From: Candidatus Hodarchaeota archaeon
GTDB taxonomy: Archaea > Asgardarchaeota > Lokiarchaeia > Sigyniarchaeales > SOKP01
Direction of reading: 5' to 3'
NCBI GenBank assembly: GCA_048886685.1
Contig: JBHLKM010000002.1
Span: 199,532-263,531 of the forward strand
DNA length: 64,000 nt
Part shown: positions 31,853-39,680 of the stretch, piece by piece
Numbering within the stretch: position 1 is the stretch's first letter
Layout: each line of letters begins with the position of its first letter
Position numbers and translations under genes: made by a program
The notes under the pieces: generated by a model
What the model was told of the DNA's origin: nothing
What the model saw: only the letters and a program-made list of their open reading frames with translations
Database searches by the model: none

Positions 31853-32761
31853 TCAATCTGTATGAGCTGAAATAATTAGATCAGCGAATAGTTTCATATC
31901 ATTTAATAACAAATTCAATTTATCTTGAGAATCCCTGTCTAAATCTCCAGATTTCATTACAAGCACTGAAATGATGTATTTAAAGATATGAAGTTCAATT
32001 TCTTTACCGTCTGCGTCTCGACCACCGAACCTAGCGGAATCTGACATAAAAATGTTTTCTCTCACAGTATTACAAGCATTGATGAAATCTCTTAAATCTC
32101 CTCTTAAGGTTAAACCACTGCTTACTCCCTGTACGTTATGGACTATTACATTACCCGATATATCAGCAATAATTACTTTCGCTTTAATTTCATCAAGTTG
32201 TTTCTCTGCTTTTTCTACATGATCTTTCAATTCCGCATATTGAGATATTAAGATATCTCTAAATACTTTTGTTAACTTGTCTTCTTCATAGATGCTTGTA
32301 AGCATAAAATCGAAATCATAATCTTTAAACATGTCCAGAAATATTTCTTTTGCATTCTTCACATTGGTATCGAGAAGTTCTTTCTGGTAATTCTCTGTAT
32401 CATACTTATGGAGAAATAAGAAAATTTTAGGCTTTTCATTATTTTTTCGATAAAGATCTAATAAATCTATAAAATAATCCTTGGCTTGGTTAAAATTTGC
32501 TGGATCGTGTAGATCAACAATGGGAATAAGAATATCAGTTCCTTTAAATATTTCTGGCTTTTCCATGTATTCCTTTCGAAATTGTTCTTGACCTCCAAAA
32601 TCAAAGATTCCAACTTGTAAACCTAAGAAAGGATGTCTTCTAGTTTCATAGAGAATCGTTGGACTTAAACCTTTAGTGTCTTCTGGGCTTTTAGCAGCAA
32701 AAGCCACCGAATATACGCTTGTTTTACCGCAACCTGATAAACCTACGAGTGAAATTTTCAA
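31853..32761 (-). CDS. Rag/Gtr-like small GTPase with C-terminal roadblock/longin-like domain
   Basis: GLSGCGKTS, T..LSPTI, FDFGGQ, HKYD and TSIYE (Rag-type G4/G5). About 120-aa C-terminal domain containing VIIADISGNVI. Confidence 0.8.
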   Translation of the reverse strand: MKISLVGLSGCGKTSVYSVAFAAKSPEDTKGLSPTILYETRRHPFLGLQVGIFDFGGQEQFRKEYMEKPEIFKGTDILIPIVDLHDPANFNQAKDYFIDLLDLYRKNNEKPKIFLFLHKYDTENYQKELLDTNVKNAKEIFLDMFKDYDFDFMLTSIYEEDKLTKVFRDILISQYAELKDHVEKAEKQLDEIKAKVIIADISGNVIVHNVQGVSSGLTLRGDLRDFINACNTVRENIFMSDSARFGGRDADGKEIELHIFKYIISVLVMKSGDLDRDSQDKLNLLLNDMKLFADLIISAHTD

Positions 32762-32857
32762 TTTACTTCTACTCCTTTATTTTTACCTTAACGATCTAAT
32801 AATTTTTTATAATATTTTATTTCATTTAACTTTTTTAATAAAAATTTATTTAATTTT

Positions 32858-34348
32858 TTATTCTGTTGGTGCGATTTTAAATGTTCTGGAAAATATCTTG
32901 CCAAAAGTTTCAGTTGACGCTTCCACTAAAATATTTGCCATGAATGGTTCACTTTCCTTTATTTCTATAGGATATCCTATTTCGATTGTTTCGAATGGGA
33001 ATAATTCCCTTATAGTTGTAATCCAGGGTCTTTTCTCAAAGAGTTCTTCAACAGTAACAACACGAATTTTTAGATCCTCTAACACATAACCTATTGTGTT
33101 TGTAAGGGAGAGAGCTAATATCTTATCCTCTTCATTTAAAGTCTTTGAAGCACTGAGAAATTTTCTTGTTCCAAGTGGAGGTTTAACAGATATTTGTTCT
33201 GTTTCTGGTTTAGTTTCAATTCGTGGTTCTTCAATTTCCTCGGAATCTCTTACGATGAAGACTTTTCTTTTTTGTATAGTGTACTGTGATACTTTTTTGA
33301 GTTTTGCCAAAAATAACACAGCATTCAAATTGATAGCATTAAACGTTTCTATTTTAAGATAACCTTTCTCAGCAGCATCTTCTATGATTTCAGTACCTAT
33401 TCCACTTCGCGCAAAAACAGTATTTTTATTTGCACCAGAACCTACACTGCCTACGCTAATGTCAGCATTCTCTGCAGTTAAATCGGTACAGAAATTACAG
33501 CTCGAGGATTTAAATTTATCCAATTGCCTAATAGTGTATGATTTCACCGGGTCTTCCTGTGGATCATAATAAAGATGAAATTTTCCCTTATTAATATCCA
33601 TTTTTTGAACTTTTGACAAATCTATACCTTCCTTCTCAAAAAATGGATAGATAGCTTCGGGGGCAAAAGAATCCATACAAAATAACCCAATTTTAAGTAC
33701 ATGACATCTCATGAAATACTTTAGCATGCCGGTTGGACTGTCGAACATCTTTGTAACCGCATCAATATTGCATGGGGTTCCAACAAATGCAATCGATCGA
33801 AAATCTTGCCTAACAGCATCCATTAATGCTTCAACAGTTTGGGAATGACTATAAATAGAACCTGAAGCTTTAATCGCATCCTCTTTATTCGTAATAATTT
33901 GAGCAACTGGATGCCACGGTTTACTAGGATCTTTCATTGTTACAATTGCAGCATCAATTAAATGTTCATCAAACAAATAACAAAGTAAACTTGTTACTGT
34001 TCCCCCATCCTGGCCACCGATTACTTCTGGAATATTAGTATTTGCAACATATCCGGTTTTGAACACCCCCATTAATATGTATGGGTCAGTAATTGTTCGA
34101 GGACATTGATTATAACATATTCCACAACCTGTACATTTGCCTGTAAGTTTTGGTTGTCCTGCGATATCATCCCATTCCAAGACTGGACAGACTGCAGCAC
34201 AAGTTCCACATTCTGTACAAATTCCTGTACGAACAATCTCTTTCATCAACATTCCAAACGAATCTTTCTTGCCTTCAAGCTTCTTCTGGATGTACTCAAA
34301 GGAATAATCATATTGAGTTTCAGTTTTTTCTGTATTATTTTCTGTCAT
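32858..34348 (-). CDS. FrhB/FdhB-family (F420 hydrogenase/dehydrogenase beta-like) protein with ferredoxin and an extra C-terminal domain
   Basis: CTECGTCAAVCP, CTGCGICYNQCP, GQDGGTVT, VGTPC, IGLFCM, CNFCTD..A..ADISVGSVG. Confidence 0.88.
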   Translation of the reverse strand: MTENNTEKTETQYDYSFEYIQKKLEGKKDSFGMLMKEIVRTGICTECGTCAAVCPVLEWDDIAGQPKLTGKCTGCGICYNQCPRTITDPYILMGVFKTGYVANTNIPEVIGGQDGGTVTSLLCYLFDEHLIDAAIVTMKDPSKPWHPVAQIITNKEDAIKASGSIYSHSQTVEALMDAVRQDFRSIAFVGTPCNIDAVTKMFDSPTGMLKYFMRCHVLKIGLFCMDSFAPEAIYPFFEKEGIDLSKVQKMDINKGKFHLYYDPQEDPVKSYTIRQLDKFKSSSCNFCTDLTAENADISVGSVGSGANKNTVFARSGIGTEIIEDAAEKGYLKIETFNAINLNAVLFLAKLKKVSQYTIQKRKVFIVRDSEEIEEPRIETKPETEQISVKPPLGTRKFLSASKTLNEEDKILALSLTNTIGYVLEDLKIRVVTVEELFEKRPWITTIRELFPFETIEIGYPIEIKESEPFMANILVEASTETFGKIFSRTFKIAPTE

Positions 34349-34499
34349 TTTATTTTCCAGTAATCTCTATATTGTATTTAATTTATAGTTAATAGGCTAT
34401 GAAATAGAATGGATTTTTGTAAAAAAAGATTATTAATTAAACGATTATGAAGTTTGTTTTTTGAAATTTTAGTCAAAAAAGGTAATTTCAGACTTGATT

Positions 34500-36095
34500 T
34501 CAATTATCTAATTCTAACCTTTCTTCAATTTTTTTAATGGCATTAGATGCCCGGATTCTAACAACTCTGTGAAAATCATTAACCCTTTTAAGCAAAGCGC
34601 TTAAGGCAAGGTCATTTCCATATGTTTCTAATATTTTTATTAAACTAATTTTTACTTTAAAGTTTTCATCTGCCTCATTTCCTAGATGGTCAATAAGTAT
34701 CGCAATATTTTTGTTTAATAATCTCTTTACGTCTTCCTCATCGTCTTTTTTCTGATACCAATTATTTTGAAATATATTATAAATTGCATCAACAGTTACT
34801 TTTTTAATGAGCCAATATGAATCCTTATCTTCCAGAAGCCTAATCAAATTTTCCAGAGAATCCAGATTTCCTATTTTTCCCAAAGCGATAATAGTATTTT
34901 TTCTAACGTCCAAATTTTTTATGCTGAGCAATTTAACCAATGGTTGGACAAATTCTTCATTCCCTAACTCTCCTAGGATAAATGCAACACTTTCTCGTAT
35001 TGTATTATTCTCTCTTTCCAGACAAGAATATAGATAATCATATGAAGCATCCTGATTACTTGAATAAATTTTTTTTATAGCATCTAAGATGTATAGCTTC
35101 ATATCTAAATCGGTATATTCAAAACTTATGTCTTCGATATCTAAAATATCTAAAAGTTCTGGTACTGCAGAAAGATCTCCAATTTCACCTAAGGCTTCAA
35201 TCGATGCGATACTAACTTCATTATAAATGTTGTCTAAATTAGTAATGAGAAAATCTACAGCATTCTTAATTTTTAATTTGCCGCTTAAAATAATAGCATT
35301 TTTCCTAACAATGAAATCATCAATTAATAATAATTTTATTATTTCTCTCGCAATCTCTTCTCCCATTAATTTTAAAATTGTAATAATGGAGTTTAACAAC
35401 TCTAAATCTTCTTCTTTTAAAATCAGTGTAATAACATCAAGTAAAACATCTTTATTTTGAATTAAATTAGTTATAATCTCTGGATATTTTACTTCCATAT
35501 AACTTATATCTTCATAAGAAATGTTAATACTTGATAATTCATATCCAATTAATTTTATTAATTCCGCTTTATGCTTATTCGAAAGATATTTATTTTTTAA
35601 TGAATCTAATAATCCACTTATGAGATGTTCGGGGTTCAGGCTTAATAATTGGATTGTAATGAAATCCTTTATTGCATTGAAATTACAATCTAATTCATTA
35701 ATAAAAAGTTTGATTTCTGGTTCCTTAAATCTAATTTGCCGTATTGCTTTGAACACTGACAACTTTAATTCGTTATCGACTTGTTTCTGTTCTAATATCC
35801 ACTTTAATGGTTTTAATCCCTTTTCATGTTTTATTCTTCCTATGGCTTTCGCAGCTTCGCATTTTATCTCTACTTTTTCCTCAGAAATTAATAAATTCTC
35901 AAATATTGTAAAGCAATTATCTTTAATTTCCATAGAATTGTTGCTTATTAATGCCAAATATTTAATTGCTTCTTTTCTCTTATTGCCATCCACATCTGAT
36001 TCTATTATTTCCGTTAGCATATTTACTGAATTTTTTACCCCTAATTCTTTTCTCCTTTCAAAAATTTCTCGTGGATGGATCTTAGTTCCTAGCAT
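34500..36095 (-). CDS. HEAT-repeat (PBS-lyase type) protein
   Basis: Repeated A..ALGEIG / R..AI..LG.IG units. Confidence 0.85.
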   Translation of the reverse strand: MLGTKIHPREIFERRKELGVKNSVNMLTEIIESDVDGNKRKEAIKYLALISNNSMEIKDNCFTIFENLLISEEKVEIKCEAAKAIGRIKHEKGLKPLKWILEQKQVDNELKLSVFKAIRQIRFKEPEIKLFINELDCNFNAIKDFITIQLLSLNPEHLISGLLDSLKNKYLSNKHKAELIKLIGYELSSINISYEDISYMEVKYPEIITNLIQNKDVLLDVITLILKEEDLELLNSIITILKLMGEEIAREIIKLLLIDDFIVRKNAIILSGKLKIKNAVDFLITNLDNIYNEVSIASIEALGEIGDLSAVPELLDILDIEDISFEYTDLDMKLYILDAIKKIYSSNQDASYDYLYSCLERENNTIRESVAFILGELGNEEFVQPLVKLLSIKNLDVRKNTIIALGKIGNLDSLENLIRLLEDKDSYWLIKKVTVDAIYNIFQNNWYQKKDDEEDVKRLLNKNIAILIDHLGNEADENFKVKISLIKILETYGNDLALSALLKRVNDFHRVVRIRASNAIKKIEERLELDN

Positions 36096-36371
36096 TTAAT
36101 AAGCCTTTAAATATTTGAAAATCTGTTATTTTTTTCTTTAACTATTATCAAATTAGATCATATATCTATAAAAATCTTTTCTAAATGCGACAGAAATACA
36201 GATCCTAACTACCAAACTCGAAAAAACTAATGAATCCCAAAATAATAATAATAAAACTGTTATAACATGAAAAACATTTGTGGTTTTTAATAATGAAATC
36301 ATAACAATTCTAATGAAAATTAAATTTTTTCTTACTTTATCAATTACCAATATCTTTAAAATAAATAAATT

Positions 36372-37109
36372 ATGAAAATCAATATGTCATTTCGTCAATC
36401 AATAAATAATGCTAGAGCAAGATTTTATAGTTTTATAACAGATTTCAATGTTGTCAAATTTTCTGCGATTACTGTAATGATTGGGTATATCTGTTTGCTT
36501 ATAGTGGGAGTCATCACAGCTACTTTACTTGATCCAGACAGTTATACGATTTGGGATAATTGGATTTCTGATCTTGGTTCTGATGATCATACTCCTGCTC
36601 CAATTTTATACGATATTGCATGTATCATAGCAGGATCTATGACTATTCCACTCACTTTCTATCTAGAAAAAATATTAGCTCCATTACCTATAAAAACCAA
36701 ATTAGGCGAGCAGCATTATTCTCGATTACGTTTCCGACTAAGCAGTTTTGCTTTCTTATTCAGTATAATCGGGAATTTCGGATATATTGGTGTAGGGATC
36801 TTTTCTTCTGACCGTGATTACGAATGCTTATCTATTTTAGGAGAGGGACCCCATAACATTATGTCATATCTAGCTTTTGGTGGATTTACTTTTGGTGCTT
36901 TCTTTATGGGGTGGTTAATCATTTTATATGATACTAAAATTCCAAAAATTCTGGGAATCTATGGAATAATTGGGCCAATAACTATCTCGATTCTGAATTT
37001 AATTGATAGTACTCCATTATTAGAATGGTTACTACTCTTCTCAATACTAATTTGGATAATCCCACTTTCAATAATTATGCTAAGGAAACCGGAATTAAAC
37101 CTAAGATAG
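36372..37109 (+). CDS. DUF998-like membrane protein
   Basis: NWISDLG, GVGIF and H...S..AF motifs with about 6 TM segments. Confidence 0.7.
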   Translation: MKINMSFRQSINNARARFYSFITDFNVVKFSAITVMIGYICLLIVGVITATLLDPDSYTIWDNWISDLGSDDHTPAPILYDIACIIAGSMTIPLTFYLEKILAPLPIKTKLGEQHYSRLRFRLSSFAFLFSIIGNFGYIGVGIFSSDRDYECLSILGEGPHNIMSYLAFGGFTFGAFFMGWLIILYDTKIPKILGIYGIIGPITISILNLIDSTPLLEWLLLFSILIWIIPLSIIMLRKPELNLR

Positions 37110-37260
37110 AATAACAATAAATTTGTAATTTGAATAATTAAAAAATTAACCAGTTATTAATAATATTCCTAAATCAAAATTATTCTTTTAGAGTACCTCT
37201 ATTTTCGTGTCTTTACCTATTTTTCTAAAAACTATAAATATTAATATTTATTCCGCAATT

Positions 37261-37281
37261 TGATATATCTAGATTTGATAT
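37261..37281. promoter_or_regulatory. Candidate PadR operator (ATATC-N7-GATAT), copy 1
   Basis: TGATATATCTAGATTTGATAT just upstream of the PadR gene, 18/21 identical to 38251-38271. Confidence 0.55.
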
Positions 37282-37313
37282 TTTAACTCTTTATTATTAA
37301 TGGTTAAATTGAA

Positions 37314-37898
37314 ATGAGCCAAAAAACAAAAAATTCAGAAAAAATTGATACAATTGCCGATGCTATTGAACAATCAATGAAAAAAGGGCATATTAGCACT
37401 TTAATACTATTAGCTTTAGAGAAAGGACCGTCTCATGGATATAACTTAATGCAAGTTATTAAAGACGATACTTATGGAGTATGGAATCCAACTGCTTCTT
37501 CGCTCTATCCACATTTATCATCATTAACAGAAAAGGGTCTAATAGAGTTTACAACTGAAATGGAAGGAAAAAGGGAACGAAAAGTTTATGATATTACCCA
37601 AAAAGGGAAAAAAACGTTGAAAATGCTTATTGAAAGACAACAGAATATGCGAAAATCACTCTTATCTATGATAATGTCAACTATAGGGATAACTGATTCG
37701 AACATTCCTGATGATTTTGAAAGTTTATTTGGTCCTGAATTACTTGAAGATACAAGTTTAGTTGGCAAAACCAATTATGAAAAACTCGAAATTCTCTCTA
37801 AACGAAAAATGGTTATATCAAAAATTGTAGATAAACTCAAAAATCTAACAAATGAAATTGACCAAAGAATTGAGAGTTTAAAATTTAATGGAAATTAA
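37314..37898 (+). CDS. PadR family transcriptional regulator
   Basis: LILLAL..GPSHGYNL, SSLYPHL..L...GLI, RKVYDITQKG. Confidence 0.93.
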   Translation: MSQKTKNSEKIDTIADAIEQSMKKGHISTLILLALEKGPSHGYNLMQVIKDDTYGVWNPTASSLYPHLSSLTEKGLIEFTTEMEGKRERKVYDITQKGKKTLKMLIERQQNMRKSLLSMIMSTIGITDSNIPDDFESLFGPELLEDTSLVGKTNYEKLEILSKRKMVISKIVDKLKNLTNEIDQRIESLKFNGN

Positions 37899-37915
37899 TA
37901 AAATCTAAGTGATTA

Positions 37916-38020
37916 TTAGGCCACTATACCAAGAAGTATTAATAAAACAATCCCTAATGCAGCCAGACCTGAGATTCCAATAATACCCATTAAAATCTCA
38001 TATATCACTTTAGCATTCAT
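37916..38020 (-). CDS. Small single-TM membrane peptide (34 aa), absent from the ORF track
   Basis: MNAKVIYEILMGIIGISGLAALGIVLLILLGIVA*, with SD-like GGGGTGA upstream on the minus strand. Confidence 0.55.
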   Translation of the reverse strand: MNAKVIYEILMGIIGISGLAALGIVLLILLGIVA

Positions 38021-38250
38021 TTTTTTTGCTTCCTTTCACCCCTAATATTTTTTTAATTTCCTATTAATAGTATATAAAACTATATATTTAAAAGTTGTGA
38101 TTATATCTGTTTTTAAAATATTTTACCACAGCTTGTTTTTTTAATTTAATAATAATATATATTTATATATATTCTATGTAATGTAATTTTTGGTTTATTA
38201 TCTTACTTTTTCAAAACATTTATATATCCATAATATATATATTAAGTAAC

Positions 38251-38271
38251 TGATATATCCAGGCTTGATAT
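38251..38271. promoter_or_regulatory. Candidate PadR operator (ATATC-N7-GATAT), copy 2
   Basis: TGATATATCCAGGCTTGATAT, 30 nt upstream of the epimerase start. Confidence 0.55.
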
Positions 38272-38301
38272 ATCCCGATTGCATAACAAGTGTAGTTAAT
38301 T

Positions 38302-39294
38302 TTGAAAATATTATTAACAGGGGCTTTTGGGAATGTTGGATTAAGTACATTGAAAGAATTAATTAAACGAAACTATGACATAAGAGTTTTTGATATAAAA
38401 AACAAAAAAAATCGTAGGATTTCTCATAAATATAAAGATCAGATTGAGCTAATTTGGGGAGATTTACGAAATTTTAAGGATGTAGAGAAAGCAGTTTCTG
38501 GTTGTGATGTTATTATTCATGTTGCTGCCATAATTCCTCCACTTGCCGATAGAAAACCTAAATTTGCTGAAGCTGTAAATGTTGGGGGAACCTCAAATAT
38601 AATCGAAGCTATGAAAACACAATCGCAAAAACCAAAGCTTATATTCACCTCTTCAATAGCAATATATGGTGATAGAACTAAAAATCCATTAATTCGAACA
38701 ACTGATCCCCTGAAGCCTAATGATGATGATGAATATGCTAAACAAAAAGTAAAGTGTGAAGAGCTTATCAAAAACTCAGGATTAGAGTGGGTAATATGTC
38801 GTTTAACCTATATTGTTTCTATCAATAAGCTTCAACTGGATCCTCTCATGTTTGAAATGCCCTTAAACACTTGTATTGAAATTTGTGATACGAAAGATGT
38901 TGGCTTTGCTTTAGCTAAGGCTGTTGAAAACAAAGAGATTTGGGGCGAAATCTTACATATTGCAGGTGGACCAAAGTGTCGGATTTCATATAGAGAATAT
39001 CTTAGAGAGATGTTAGATATTTTTGGAATTGGGGCAGATGAGTTGCCTTCTGAAGCATTTAGCACAAAAGGTTTTCATTGTGGATTTATGACAACTGATA
39101 AAAGCCAAGCATTATTACAATATCAACGGCATACAATTGATGATCACTTCAATGCTGTTAGAAAAAAAGTAGCAGTTTCACGAATATTCATGATAATGGT
39201 TAGACCTTTTGCGCGAAAATACCTTTTAAGTAAATCTCATTATTATAAAGAATATTCTCACCGCAGTCATCTTGGTTATCAAAAACTCAGTTAG
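38302..39294 (+). CDS. NAD-dependent epimerase/dehydratase (extended SDR)
   Basis: TGAFGNVG, IHVAA, FTSS.A.YG and YAKQK. Confidence 0.9.
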   Translation: MKILLTGAFGNVGLSTLKELIKRNYDIRVFDIKNKKNRRISHKYKDQIELIWGDLRNFKDVEKAVSGCDVIIHVAAIIPPLADRKPKFAEAVNVGGTSNIIEAMKTQSQKPKLIFTSSIAIYGDRTKNPLIRTTDPLKPNDDDEYAKQKVKCEELIKNSGLEWVICRLTYIVSINKLQLDPLMFEMPLNTCIEICDTKDVGFALAKAVENKEIWGEILHIAGGPKCRISYREYLREMLDIFGIGADELPSEAFSTKGFHCGFMTTDKSQALLQYQRHTIDDHFNAVRKKVAVSRIFMIMVRPFARKYLLSKSHYYKEYSHRSHLGYQKLS

Positions 39295-39562
39295 ATATTT
39301 AATTAAAGGGTTTATTTAAACAACGCATTTTATAATTTTCATATATAATTTTCGATCTCAATGAAATAATTCTAATATAAAATGTTTGAGATCGATCACA
39401 AATCTCTTTCTTCTTGTCATTTTCTAAAACCCAATAATAGAAAATCCTCAGTTTGGATAAAAATGTTTTAATGTTATGATTCCTTTGGAAAAAATTGCCT
39501 ATCTCTATAAACAGAAAGAATTAAAAATATTGAAAATGAATAAATTTTAAAAAAAAACATTT

Positions 39563-39592
39563 AATATTGATCTTGACAAAAAGATCTATATT
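39563..39592. promoter_or_regulatory. Inverted repeat upstream of the seleno-hdrA operon (candidate operator)
   Basis: AATATTGATCTT-gacaaa-AAGATCTATATT (11/12 complementary). Confidence 0.35.
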
Positions 39593-39680
39593 GCAACTTA
39601 AAAATCATTCAATAAACATCTAACAGTTTCAAAAACATACAGTTTTGTATAAAAATTAAGAGGTGGATGTGTAAAAGTAG

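Noticed and set aside
35521-36099. 192-aa ORF antisense to the HEAT gene, and the many other short antisense or alternate-frame ORFs in the track
   Set aside because: They overlap well-supported genes and have no motifs, so they are shadow ORFs.
36153-36350. 65-aa hydrophobic ORF on the minus strand
   Set aside because: TTG start without an SD in very AT-rich DNA and no motif. Cannot be supported as a gene.
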